DNA of 64,000 bases from the human T2T-CHM13v2.0 reference genome, Homo sapiens: the NCBI RefSeq assembly GCF_009914755.1, contig NC_060929.1. The stretch is one strand, 5' to 3'. Position 1 is the first letter of the stretch; each line of letters starts with the position of its first letter. The notes beneath the pieces are model-generated. The model had not been told where the DNA came from. It saw only the letters and a program-made list of their open reading frames with translations, and did not search any database. Both the position numbers and the translations under genes were made by a program. Positions 12,735 through 26,832 of this stretch are shown here, piece by piece.

Positions 12735-13390
12735 GTTCAGTGATACTGTCTGGTTTTTTTATTAAAGTTTTAAATGTTAAATGATGACATTTCAAATACA
12801 CAGCCAAGTACCAAAATTATTAATAGACACTCATGTACCAACCTACCATATTAACAGACATTAACATTTTGCTTTACTTGCCTTAGAATCAATTTTCTCT
12901 GTTTTAAAAAGCAGAAAGCATTAAGCACAGATAAAGCACCCCCATCTCATCCTCTACCTTTCTCTCCAGAGGTAACCATCACCCTGAAGTTAGTATGCTT
13001 CTTTTCATGTATGTACATTTAAACTTATGTTAATATTATATAGACATGTCCATAAATTATATATACTGTTATTTTGTGTGCTTTAAATATTTATACAAAT
13101 ACTAGAAACCATATGGTACATTTCCTTTTGTAACTTGCTTTTCTTGCCAACATGTTTTGACATTTATCTGTGTTAATATATTTAGATCAAGTTTGTTCAT
13201 TTTAACTTTCTGTAGTATTTTATTACATGAATAAATGAGTTTATTTACTCATTTGCTTACCGAGAACAGTGGTGTTTGTTTTTTCTTTGTTTTTGAAGCA
13301 ACAAGAAATATAATAGAAACAATCTATACTGCAAGGAAGATTTTGTCCAAGTCTCCATGGGCACATATGTAATAGCCACTGTAGGCATTA
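12735..13390 (-). mobile_element. L1ME-type 3' end
   Basis: ctccagaggtaaccatcaccctgaagtt and ttttgtaacttgctttt typical of the old L1ME 3'UTR. Confidence 0.7.
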
Positions 13391-13542
13391 GCCCTATATT
13401 TGATAGATGGAAAAACATTTATTTTTGATGGCTCAGCTTAGATAAATATGATATATTCACCGTTGTTGTTGTTGTTGTTTTAACAAATCTTCTTTTCATG
13501 ATTCTTCTAATAACATTAAAAAGTTAATTTTTCTTTCTTATG

Positions 13543-13660
13543 GAAGCATGAAATATAAGTTCCCTGATAAACACTATTACCCAAAATTCTTCAAACGAAT
13601 TTGTGTCATATGTTTTAATATATAAATATTTACACCACTGACATTTAAAATAAAATGTGG
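13543..13660 (+). pseudogene. Fossil exon E11 (0-1): EA*NISSLINTITQNSSNEFVSYVLIYKYLHH*HLK*NV
   Basis: Pyrimidine tract tttttctttctta ends in TG instead of AG. Donor G|gtagat. Phases match E10 and E12. Confidence 0.55.
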
Positions 13661-13690
13661 GTAGATACAGGGCATTTAACATTAATATAC

Positions 13691-13765
13691 TTCACACATT
13701 TACCTGTGTAACAAACCTGTACGTCCTGCACTTGTATCCCAGAACTTAAGATTAAATTAAATTAA
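13691..13765 (+). mobile_element. About 75-bp L1PA8-like terminal stub
   Basis: acacatttacctgtgtaacaaacctgtacgtcctgcac...aacttaa. Perfect TSD aacattaatatac (13678-13690, 13766-13778). Confidence 0.88.
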
Positions 13766-14841
13766 AACATTAATATACCCAATGATTGCTGATGGCTAGC
13801 TTACTTCCAGAATAACTGCAGGTTCTCTATTCCTCCACCTGGGCCTTGCACAGTTGTTTCCACGAGTTCCTTGGGTGCCTGAGATGCTCCAGTGAGCTGC
13901 TGCACAGTCCTCTCATGATGTCTGTGTCTGGCCTCCTCCTCAGTGTCTGCTTTCCCTAAGCCTGTGAGGATTCATCTCATCCTTGTCTCAGAGCACCCTG
14001 GCCTCTGCAGCTGTAGATGCCCTGGTCTAGAGTCCTGCTTCCTGGATCTACTGTCCTCTCAACTGACGCTGGACAGGAGCCAGCCCCTGAGCCCTCACTG
14101 TGACTAAGCTGTGCTGAGTTCCAGGAAGAAGTGGAGGAAACATTTCTCTTCCCAATTCAGTGTCACTTGGGCCTGAATGTGGCACTAGTTATGCCTAAAC
14201 CCCATGAAATATAACAAAGCCTCTTAAAACCAGGCTGCTGGGCTTACGGGTCTAGCCCCTCTCTCCATGGGGCTAGGTTGGGGAGCAGCCAGTGGTGACC
14301 ATTGTCCTTATTCTCTTCACTGTCCTTTCTCTACCAATCTACTCCACAGGCATCCCTGCATACAACTCCCTCCTGGCAGCCCCATTCTCTACACAAATAC
14401 TCATGCAAATACACTTCCGAGAGCCAGCCCCACATAACCTGATAGGTCAGTTCTAGATTTCTCTTTGGGTACAGCCAAGATCCCTGCCCACAGATACAAC
14501 ACACAACACACACACAGTCGACTTACCCCACACCACACCAAACATACTATCAGTATCTTCAGTCTTCAACAGCTCTCTCTCTCCTGGCTCCTTCCCACGG
14601 CTCCTTCCTGTGTTTCCACGTGTTCAAGTCTCTTTCATCCTGAACTAAACAAACAACTTAGATCTTCCATAGACCTGCCTCCTCTCTACTTCCCCAACTC
14701 TCTTTCATTCTTCAAGGACATATATTTTTCTTTTAACCTAATTTGAAAATTTTACTGATGTTAACTGTAGACACATCAGTATTATTTAATGTTTACAGTG
14801 AACATATATTCTATTTATAACTAAAAAAAAATCATAGACTC

Positions 14842-15275
14842 CATGATGGGTTGAATTATGTCTCTCAAAAAAGAAAAGTTCAGGTCCTAACCCCCAGGAC
14901 TGCACAGTGTGATCCCATCTGGAGATAGGATAATCAGATTAAAAAGAGGTCATCGTGATGGGCTCTAATCCAATAGGACTGTTGTCTTTATAAAAAGGGG
15001 AAATGTGGACACAGACGTACGCACAGGGAGAACACCGTGTGAAGATGAAGGCAGAGATTGGGATGATGCTTCCATAAGCCAAGCTACACCCCAAATCATC
15101 AGCAAACCACTAGAAGTGAGGGGGGAAGCTTAGAACAAATTTCTCTCTCAAAAATCTGAGATCAAGTCTGACTTGACCTCACACTTCTAGCCTCAAAACT
15201 GTGAGACAGCAAGTTTCTGTTATATAAGCCATTCAGTATTTGGTACTTCATTTTGGCAGCCCAGGACACTGATAT
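14842..15275 (+). mobile_element. MLT1C-like LTR
   Basis: atgggttgaatt...ggagaacaccgtgtgaagatgaaggcagagattggg...aactgtgagac. Confidence 0.85.
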
Positions 15276-15374
15276 TGTCTCTGAATCTCCATTCCCAAAT
15301 TTCAGTGGTGTCCTCCACCCATCTCTCTCCACTGCCTCATCTCCCATGCATGCATCCACTCATCGATACCAGAC

Positions 15375-16450
15375 CTCTGTGGTCATCATTCTGCTGTCAT
15401 TTTCTCATCTAAGCCACCAATGACCTTGTTGCTAATACTGATGGAACATTCTTCAGCTCTTTCCCAACCCCTCTGCAACATTTTACCTTGTTTCTCTGTC
15501 CCTTCTTTCTCTTGTCTTCCATGGCACTGCACTGCCGAATCTTTCTCCTGCTTCTTTGGTTTGCCTTAGTGCCCTTTGGATTTCCCTCCAATTGCCACTT
15601 CCTTAAGTGGAAACGTTCCTCGGGGTTCTAGCTCAAGTCCTCTTATCTTGACAGGTTAGCCTATTCTTGAGGATTCTTATCCATTCCTGTTGGCTTTAAG
15701 CATCATCTGTCATCAGAATCTCTCATTTAGATTTTTCTCCCGGATTTCAGGCTCCTTCGTGATCAGAGCTCATTTGTTTGATGGAAAAAGAAACCCACTC
15801 AAACTAGTATGCGTGAAAGGGGGTTTCTTGGGTGGAATCAGGGTTACTTGACTGCTGTAAATAGCGAGAATTACACACCTCACAAAGGAGGGACAGAAGA
15901 CTGGAGAACAAAGCCCAACTTTCTCCACATCCCTCCCCCGTGCCACCTACTCCCCATCTTTCAGCAGATTCCAGGGGAGAAACACCCAGGGACTTCCCCT
16001 GGGTTCCCTAAGCTTGCCCTCGAAGGAAGTACAAGCTCAGTTACCTGTCTGTAGTCTGGTCTCTGCTTTCCTCCCAACCCTCATCTCTCTGCTCACTCAG
16101 TCACTTTCTAGGTGCCAACCACACCAGCTTTCTTCAAATCCCTGGGGGCCTCCAGCGTGCTGGCCTCCAGGCCCTGGGTATGACTCCTTTCATCTTCCTA
16201 GAACAAGCCACCTCCCTTTCCACTTGGCTAACTCCAACTCCTCCAGTACATCATAGCGTACATCCACTTCCTTTTGAAAGTGTTCCTGCTCACCTATACT
16301 CCGCCGCCACCACAATTCTGAGTTTATTATTCTGGATTTGGGGCTCCCAGCACCCAATGTTTCCCACATCATGCACCCACACTGTGTGGCATTTCCATCT
16401 ATTCTTCCACGCCCCCCACTGAGCTGAAAAGCTGGAAGCATCTGTGGGAC
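15375..16450 (+). mobile_element. Fragmented L2 (ORF2 and 3' pieces)
   Basis: aagccaccaatgaccttgttgctaa, gttcctcggggttct, cacttggctaactcc motifs. Confidence 0.55.
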
Positions 16451-16507
16451 ACAGCTGAGCTTGGTAAGGTGTGTTTGTTAAAAATCACAGGAACCTTTGA
16501 GCTAGCA

Positions 16508-16731
16508 CAGGCCAGTGTCAACCTCAGTACTACTGACATTTTGGGCGGAATCGTTCTTTTGGGGGAGAGCTGTCTCGTGTGCAGCACAGGATGCCACACA
16601 GCACTGTTGGCCTCTACCCACCAGATGCCAGTTACACTCTCCCCTCCCTCAGTCAAGACAAAAAAAAGTCTCCAGATGTTGCCAAGTGTTGCCAAAGTGT
16701 TGCCAAAATTGCTCTTGGTTGAGAACCACTG
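16508..16731 (-). mobile_element. MER20 (hAT-Charlie MITE)
   Basis: ggcctctacccaccagatgccag and terminus ggttgagaaccactg. Confidence 0.88.
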
Positions 16732-17268
16732 GTTTAGGCTAACAGGGGTGTTTGTCACAGGGATACTGGTGAGAACAAGGGGCTGATGTCGTTAGGGATT
16801 CCAGCAAGTGGACTTCCTGTGTTCCCCAGAATCTTGACTTAGGGGCTGAAACAGCTCTGCAAATGGTGTCTGCCTGGAGTGTGGTCTGTGGACTATGAAG
16901 AGCAAGGTGCAACCAGCAGGAGCTGATGCCCACGCATCAGGCAGGTCGTGGAGGCCACGCAGGAGAGTTGGGCTTTCTCCTCCTCACATGTTGGATGCAG
17001 ACAGGAAGCAACATGGTGATATTTGCAATGTAGACAGATGGAGGCAGCAATGTGAGCAGATGTGCAAAGGGTGGAGGTTTAAGACAAGAAGTCTGGACTC
17101 TCCATTAGAGGGCTGCAAGATAGGCTGTCACAATGGTGTGAATGAAAAATGTGAGAGCTTCAACTGAGGCAGCAGTTATGCCACCTTCTCCCTCTTAGTA
17201 TTTGTGGTAATGCTCGGAGAAGTACACTTTTTAACCTTTTTATTTGGTAATTTGTTTCTTCTTGGTAG

Positions 17269-17374
17269 GAACAAAGACCTGGATACAAGCAAGGAAAATA
17301 GGGTACTTAACTAATTTCCTAGGCTACCTTAAAAACTAAGAGAAATGGAAAATTTGATGGAGAAAAGAAACATT
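17269..17374 (+). pseudogene. Fossil exon E12 (1-2): TKTWIQARKIGYLTNFLGYLKN*EKWKI*WRKET
   Basis: Strong acceptor tttgtttcttcttggtag and donor gtaatt. Confidence 0.65.
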
Positions 17375-17499
17375 GTAATTTGTTTGTCATAAATTACATT
17401 GTAATTTAAATGTGAGACATTAGAACAATTTAGTTTTTATTCCTGCCTATATTATTACATACCATTCTTCCTTGTTTTGAAACTCTTAACTAGGTGAGG

Positions 17500-18292
17500 C
17501 AGAGCTAGAAATTGTCTCCTTATATACTTTTCCTGAACAAAGGAATTCCAAATTTTTGCTGGCCTCATAGCTTTTGGAGTAAGGTTTTACAGGTATGATA
17601 AGGAGACTAAGTTCTGGCCTGATATAGCAGAAGTGAGGAATGTGATTCTTAGAAGTTTTCCTAAAGGGAGGAAGTGAATTCTTTGTTCTGTTTTGCACTG
17701 GCTTGAAGGCAGACATGGTGGCTGGCGCTTCAGTAACTATATTGGGCCATGAGCTGAAAGCACGTGTTGAGGATGTGGCACCGCAAAATAAAGAAGCCCC
17801 GCTTCCTGATCCTGCAGAACAAGGGCCAGCAAACTTTTTCTCTAAAGGGCCGAATCTTCAGTTTCGTAGACCCTACAGGTCTCTGTCACCACTAGTCAAT
17901 TCTGCCATTTGAGAGTGAAAATATCCATGGAAAATATAGAATAAATGAGTTTCTAATGTTCCAATTTGTTTTTCGATAAAACTTTATTTATGGACATTGA
18001 AATTTGAATCCCTTATAATTTTCTTTTTTTAAAATTCTATGCAAGGAAACAGTAGAATCTCTCATCATTTTCAGCCATTTAAAAAAGGAATAATAATTCC
18101 TAGCTCCAAAGCTATACAAAGACCCTGGGGCCAGATTTGGCATGGGGCATGTTTTGTCCACCCCTGAAATAAATCACCATACAGCCCCAAATTGTTGATC
18201 TTTAGGCTTTACCTACAGGAAAGAGACACTTTGGTGTTGCTTCTGCTAGATGGAGTTTGCTCTGATTCAGCAAAACGAATTCCTGACTTATG
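17500..18292 (+). mobile_element. Old MaLR LTR (MLT1J/K-like) interrupted by MER58
   Basis: gcagacatggtggctgg...gccatgag...cacgtgttgaggatg; resumes after 18167. Confidence 0.55.
17819..18167 (+). mobile_element. MER58B-like hAT MITE
   Basis: caagggccagcaaactttttc...taaactttatttatggacattgaaatttgaat...ggccagatttggc...cccctg. Confidence 0.8.
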
Positions 18293-18301
18293 ATTACTAG
18301 A

Positions 18302-18765
18302 TGCAGCAGCCCCTGGGGGTGCTCCACCCACACGCAACCCATATCAATTCTTTTCCAGCTCCGTGCACCCTTCCGGGTTTCTGTGGCTTGCTTCCAAGGC
18401 TCAAACTTGCAACTCTCTTTTAAGATAACCTTAGGTCCACTGGCACCTGTGGCTGGAAAGTTGGAAGTGCCTGAGAATTTACATGCCCTCTGGGCAGCCC
18501 TTCCCTAGAGAACTTCAAAGCCTCGCTGACTTTTGCATCTGGACGAACTCAGACAGAATTTTTACCCTGGAGTTCCCCTGTAGAATCAGGCACAGGCCTC
18601 CCTCCTCAGGACTTTGCCTGACATCACACCTTTGTTTGGTTTGCTCCCGGCTCCTGTCCTGTTTTTCCTGCTCTTTCCTGGACTTCCTATGGGAGCACTT
18701 CCTTCACAATTCACGTGCACATAGCCCTTGTCAAGGTCTACTTCTGGAAGCTTCAATCTAAGCCA
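18302..18765 (+). mobile_element. LTR16-family solo LTR (ERVL)
   Basis: ggaagtgcctgagaatttacat, gggagcacttcctt, tcaaggtctacttctgg...ctaagcca. Confidence 0.7.
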
Positions 18766-18879
18766 TAGTAATCATCCTTGCTCAAGGAGATTTTTCTCCA
18801 GACTCCAATAAAACAGAAGAAACAGCAGTCTCCTCTTTACAGAAATAAAAAGGAGTGTTCTAGCTAAAGCCCTTTTTAC

Positions 18880-19085
18880 AGAGCAGCATAATGGGTAAGA
18901 GCAGGGGCTCCAGAGTCAGCCTGCTTATAAACAGTCTTTTGGAGCCTCAAGATTCCTCATCTGTAAATTGGAGCTAATGACAATGACAGCACAGGGGTTG
19001 TGTTGAGGCTATGTTGAATATCATGGCACTTACACATCCCATCCAGCACACAAGAAACACTCCATAAAAGTTAGTTACTATGAGC
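18880..19085 (+). mobile_element. MIR
   Basis: ggtaagagcaggggctccagagtcag...ttcctcatctgtaaattgg. Confidence 0.7.
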
Positions 19086-19148
19086 ATCATTAATATGTTG
19101 TCTGAGGCATTTTGACACAACCACTGCTACTTGTAAATTCCAACACAG

Positions 19149-19241
19149 AATTTTCTTGGTACATAATAGAAAAACAAGTGCTATCTGCTGCTCTGTGAGA
19201 AGCTGATGATGAATTACCAAATAAGATTTTCTACTTTGTAG
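19149..19241 (+). pseudogene. Fossil exon E13: ...KQVLSAAL*EADDELPNKIFYFV
   Basis: Acceptor ttccaacacag and donor G|gtatat. 93 nt. The 5' phase needs a 1-nt slip in the A-run near 19170. Confidence 0.62.
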
Positions 19242-19681
19242 GTATATTTGAATATCAGTATGTCCAATTAATTCAGTATAAATATAAAGGACACATCCTG
19301 CTTGAAAATGTCAGCAATAAGTTAGGCAAATGGCTGCATTCTGAAACCAGGCATACCTGGACCATACTCCCAAATATGCTGCTCCTGTAGAGACTTTAGT
19401 ATTGATTTACCCAATCAGATTGCCAATACTTACCTCCTAAGGTTATTGTGAAGATTAGACAAAACTCTGCATAAAAAACACTTAGCTACTCTTTATTAGG
19501 AATTTACTATGTTCCCGGCACTGTGCTATTGTTATCCATGCCCAATTCCCCGGAAGAGAAGTGGAAAGATTCCATACATCACTGGGATACCTTTACCCTG
19601 ATGACAAAGGCAGCAATGGCACCGACTCCCAGAAGATAATCTTTTAGAAAATAATCACCTGGTTTTTTCCTCGGCCATTAG

Positions 19682-19814
19682 CCTTCTTGGGTCAGTTTGC
19701 TAGAAACCAACCCCCCAACAACAAAGAAACTCCAAGGAAAATGAGCCTCTTCATTGCTGCTGAAAGCAGGGGGAACTGCGTCCTCTTACAGGCTCTTTAC
19801 TATGGTTGATACAA
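19682..19814 (+). pseudogene. Fossil exon E14 (1-2): FLGQFARNQPPNNKETPRKMSLFIAAESRGNCVLLQALYYG*Y
   Basis: Acceptor ttttttcctcggccattag and consensus donor AA|gtgagt. One TGA in 43 codons. Phases match E13 and E15. Confidence 0.7.
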
Positions 19815-20542
19815 GTGAGTCTCCATTTTTTAGCTTCAGTACCATCCAGTCAATGCTTTGTAGGAAGAGCTGCATGTCGGAGTGTTAACCCGCCAGTGTT
19901 TGTGCATCTCTCTGGGAGCCCTCCTGGCAGAGCCCTCCTCTGCACCAGCACAGAGGTCTGATGTGGGACGGTCAGGCTATCAGAGCTCAAAGAGAAAACA
20001 AATCTCTTCTGTATAGGCCAGGAAGGCCTCACCACGGAGCCTTTTTGCTCTGCTTGGGAGGGAATGGAAAGAAAAAAAGGGAAAACCACACCCTTCGAAG
20101 GCCTCAGTAAATATTTGAAGCGTGCCTAGGTTTGGCCAAATGAGAACTCCCCTTATTTAAGTATTTATGAAATGATCAAATAGCAGGATTGTATTTCCAT
20201 GAGCTAGAGAGTTCTTATTTAGTGACACAGATTTTTTTTTTGTTCAAACTTTTTTCTTTTTTTGCCACATTCAGCAATTGCTATCAGATGCTGAATGTCT
20301 GTGGTCACATACTCAGCTTCCTGTTTATAAATGCGCTCTGTTTTCAGTGAGTCAGCAGTTTCTTGTTCTACAGAGAGGTAAAACTGGTGGTGTCAGGGCC
20401 GTGGGGGGTTGAATGAGCTTTGTGAATGGCCCAGTGTGTGCTGGGCCTCAGGATTTGTGTGAACAGGTACTCACACTGTCTGTGGCTGTCCATAAGCTGA
20501 AATAATTCAGCCCAGTGAGTTTGGTGGTTTCTCATCTGATTC

Positions 20543-21535
<993 letters not shown>

Positions 21536-22074
21536 CTGTGAGGCAGCCCAGGGTCTGTCTTTGGCACTTCACTCACTTGCTTTGGTGCTACTGCTTCCTG
21601 ACCTCGCCTACCAGTCCCGTTGTCAGCTGCAGTGGCCTCCAGCTGCCAGGTGGGCTGGAACTTCAAACGACTGATGTCCTTGAAGAGCCTGGGAGTTCTG
21701 GACTTTCCTGCCTCCCCTCCCTTGGCCCCAGCACACACTGCTCCATCTGCCCCTCCTTCCACACCCTCTTGTAAGCCAGCTCCACATCGCCTTTGGAATT
21801 CGGTTTTTCCTTCATCTCTTCGTGTGAAAGCCTCCCCTGAGCTCCAGTACCTGGGTTTGGCATTCCCACAACACCAAGCTCTTCTCTCCTGGAGCATTTA
21901 TTGCACTGTATTTCAGAGAATAGTTAAGCACTGGTTTCCCCCACTAAACTGTAAGCCATAGGAGAGCAGGGACTAGGTGCAATTCAATCAGCAGGTGCTT
22001 ACTAAGTGCTTGCTGAGGAGTGGATGGGTGGTACCTGTCCTTTGATGCCTCCTCTCAGGACCCTGTTCTTAATG

Positions 22075-22290
22075 ATTGGGAACACAGGCTCTGGGTTTGA
22101 ATCCCAGCTTTTCCAATTACTCGCTGTGTGACCTTGAGCAAGGTGCTTCACCCCTCTTTGCCTAAGTCATCTCGACTGTCAGGAGGGTAGATGATGATCT
22201 CCATCTCACCGGCTGTGAGGGTTAAAGGTGTTGTATGTGTACCTGCTTGGAAGAGAGCCAGGCACAAGGAATCTTCAGTATTATTACCAT
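22075..22290 (+). mobile_element. MIR
   Basis: ctgggtttgaatcccagct...gctgtgtgaccttgagcaag. Confidence 0.75.
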
Positions 22291-22639
22291 TGTGTGTTCC
22301 AAGGAGGCCATCGGCTACTCTGCCAATGATTCATTGAGTGAATAAACGCCCAACAGGGCATTGGCCTTTACTGCTTCTGTTTTCTAACCGAGAAGAATGA
22401 CTTTGAGAAACTCAATACCTTACTCCCCACCGAAGCCTGGCTGGCTGGTGTTCTGATGTGGGGCAGGTGCCACGTGGAGCCATGGAAGCTGAAGGGCAGA
22501 GCTGTACCTGGCCAGGACACTGCCTCCGCCTCAGCAGCTTCCCTCTCTACTCTCCCATCTCTGTTTCCCCCAGAATTGCCTGCGCTCAGGTGCAGCTTTC
22601 CTCCCCTGCCCGTTCCAACCTGGACCCTCCCCACAAACT

Positions 22640-23230
22640 CTCTCACACTCTCTCTCTGTCTCTCTATCACTTACACCCTCGCACGCACATCCTTGCAGGC
22701 ACACTCACACTCTCACATGCACACTTTCACGTGTATATTCTTACACTCACACACATTCTCATACACACTCATGCACACTCACACACACACTCATTCTCAC
22801 ACTGTCTCACACTGTCTTCATCATTCACACGTACACAGTCACAAACACTCACACACTCTCACGTGCACATTTACGCTCCCATATACTCTTACACCCACAC
22901 ACGCACACACTTTCTCATGCACACTCACATATACACACATTCATACTCTCAACTTTCTCCTTGTCTCTCCCATGTACACACACACACTTTCTGATGCACT
23001 CACACTCCCACATGAACATTCACACTCTAACTCATATATTCTTACAAGCATACACACACACACTTTCTCATGCACACACACCGTCATATGCACACTCACA
23101 CATGTTCATACACTGCCTTATGCTTTCTATTTGTCTCTCCCATGTACACACACACACACTTTCTGATGCACTCACTCTCATATGCACACTCATGCACACT
23201 TACGCCCACACTTACACACACTCTCACACT
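22640..23230. repeat. Degenerate (CA)/(CT)-rich low-complexity tract with an internal duplication at about 170 bp spacing
   Basis: ttgtctctcccatgtacacacacacac..ttctgatgcactcac at 22961 and 23131. Confidence 0.9.
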
Positions 23231-23249
23231 GTCATCCACAAAACAACAG

Positions 23250-24950
23250 GAGCTAAGATCACCAGTGGCCTCTGTGCCATGGAGGCCCAGGACATTTTCA
23301 GTCTGCAGTTCCCCAACCCCTCCCAGCAGCATCAGAGTTGCTGGGTCCCCTTCCCTGTCAGGACACTCTCCCTCCTTGGATTCCAGGGCCCAGCGTTCTC
23401 CTGGTTTTCCTCCCACCGGTTCTCTGTCTCCTTTGCAGGTCTGCCCTTCCTTACTCGGCCAGTAAGTTCACAGACTCTTCCTCCTCTCTCTTCCTGCCCT
23501 CTGCCAGGACATCTGGCATGTGGCTCCAAATACCAGGTACAGGCAAACAGATCATGAGCAACCTCCTTCCTTATACCTGCTCTTCCTTTTACCTGGAATG
23601 TATCCTACTTCTAGGTCTCTGTTCAAACGTCACCTTGTCAGAGAGAACATCCCTGGCCACCAGAACTAGAATAGCCCCTTACTCCTTCTCACCATCTATC
23701 CCATTAACCCTGGTTTAGTTTTCTTTCTTCCCTGTTACTGCCTGAAATACTCTATATTTGTTTATTATCTGTTCATCCCTACTAGAGGGTAAGCTCTGGG
23801 AGAATTTGCAGCAGATACTAGTCTAGGTGCCAGAGACATAGCAGCAAACAAAAATGTTAAGGTCTTAATGAATACTTGAAAAAGTGTGTGAATGAAATGA
23901 AATTTTAGCTACAGCATTCCTCCGAGCTCCAGAGCAATAGAGTCAATCACTGACTTGACAGCTTCTCCTGGATGTCTCAGCAGTATCTCAAACTAAGTCT
24001 CTCTAGACCAACAGAACTTTCTATGACAATGGAAATAGCCTATATCTGCACTATCCAATGGGGTAGCCACTAGTCACATGTGACTGGAGCACTTGAGATG
24101 TGTCAAGTGTGACTGATGAGCTGAATTTTGAATTCCATTTATTTTTAATTAAACCTAAAATGTAAAAAGCCATATGTAGCCAGGGGCTGCCATGTGGGGC
24201 TGTGTAGTTCTTATCCGAACTGATGATCCTCTGCCCACACCTGGTCCGGTGGTCTCGACCTTAACAAATGGCACCACTATCCACCCAGATGAGAAAGCCG
24301 ACAGTGAGGAGTCATTCTCGACCAGCTGCCTTTCCTGTGAGTCAATCCATCACCAAGTCCTATTGATTTTGCCATATATATATATTTCCATTAATTCCAC
24401 TGCTGACACCACCCCAGAGGAAAATACATCATCTCTCATCTTGATTAAAGCCTCTTAACTGAATTGTTTACTCCACTTTCCCTTTCTCCGATTCAGTCTC
24501 CATATTCCTCCAAAGGGAGCCACAATGCATGGGGTGCACCCTGACCTTGCATCACCCATTCATGCAATCGAATATCCTTCAGTGGATGGCTTCTTTGGAT
24601 GGCCTGCATGTTCCTGCAGGGGGCTGAGTCCTGCTCATCTTCACTGCAGGCTCTCTGCCACTCTCTCTGGGCTCCAGCCACAGAGGCGTTGTTTCAGTCC
24701 CGCATTTGGGTCATGCTCCCTCCCACCACAGTGTTAGTCTCCTCTGATCACAGGCAAGGTCACATCCCTATTACATGTTTTCACACCACATACCTGTCCT
24801 TGGCACTTGTATAGTTATGTAGCAATTAACTAACGTTTTCCTTTCCTACTGGACGGTAAGCTTCCTGGAGCAGGAACCTTATGTGTTTTCGTGGCCACTT
24901 AGCAATATCTGTCTAATAGTAGAAGCTCCATGAATATTGTTGAGTAAATG
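23250..24950 (+). mobile_element. Cluster of L2 fragments (split by MER3)
   Basis: ctcttcctggttttcc-like ORF2 motifs, cctactagagggtaagctc, cctactggacggtaagcttcctgg, tattgttgagtaaatg. Confidence 0.65.
24003..24207 (+). mobile_element. MER3 hAT MITE
   Basis: agaactttctatgacaatggaaat...gtagccactagtcacatgtgact..gagcacttgagatgtg. Confidence 0.85.
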
Positions 24951-25044
24951 TATAGCCAGATAGTCTTTTGAGATAATAACTATGTTTTTCTTTCTTTCTT
25001 TTTTCCTGTTGCCCGATTGAGTCAATGATAGTGGATACAGCTTA

Positions 25045-25290
<246 letters not shown>

Positions 25291-25488
25291 GAGTCAATTA
25301 GCTACCTCAATGAATGTTTTAAACCCATAGCAAACACGTGTTAAAAGGATGCTTGAGAAAACAAACATTTTTTAAATCTCAGCTTTGAATTAGCGAAGTC
25401 CATGTTCTGGTTATTGTAGCCATGTGATAAATCATCCGCAAACCTAATGACATAAAGCCATGGCTATTTTTATCATGCTCACAGATCC

Positions 25489-25861
25489 TGTTATAGGTGA
25501 AATTGTGACCTCTCCATCAAAATTCATATGCTAAAGTCCTAACACTCGGGGTACCTTAGAATGTGCCCATAATTAGAGGTAAAGTCTTTACAGTGGTAAT
25601 TATGTTAAAATGAGGTCACCAGGGTGGGCCTTAATCCAATAAGACTGCTCTTCTTTTTTTTTGGACATAGACATACAGAGGGAAGGCTCAGGGGAAAGAC
25701 AGCCCTCTACAAGCCAAGGAGAGAGGGATCTGAAGAAACTAACCCTGACAGCACCTTGATATTGGATTTCTAGCCTCCAGAACTGTGAGAAAATAAATTT
25801 CTGTTGCTTAAGCCACCCAGTTTGTGGTATTTTGTTATGGAAGCTCTAGCATACTGATGCA
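25489..25861 (+). mobile_element. MLT1B-like LTR nested in MLT1G
   Basis: tgttataggtgaaattgtg...ctagcatactgatgca. TSD gatcc/gatct. Confidence 0.85.
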
Positions 25862-26030
25862 GATCTCATCAGTCAGAAATTAGGAAAGGACTCCACGGTG
25901 ACAGTTGATCTCTGCTCTGTGATACCTGGAGCCCCAACTGGGAAAACTCATAGGAAGGGGGTGACCCTATGACTGGAGGGCTGCAGTCACAGGCAAGCTT
26001 GTTTATTCACATTTGTGGCACCTGACTTGG

Positions 26031-26832
<802 letters not shown>

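Noticed and set aside
16677-16706. Three copies of tgttgccaa
   Set aside because: Local slippage inside MER20 with 1-2 nt gaps. Not a CRISPR-like or functional array.
22456-23557. Longest ORFs in the track (236, 178, 198 aa; His/Thr/Ser-rich)
   Set aside because: They come from the G-poor CA-repeat tract, which rarely forms stops in any frame. No coding signature.
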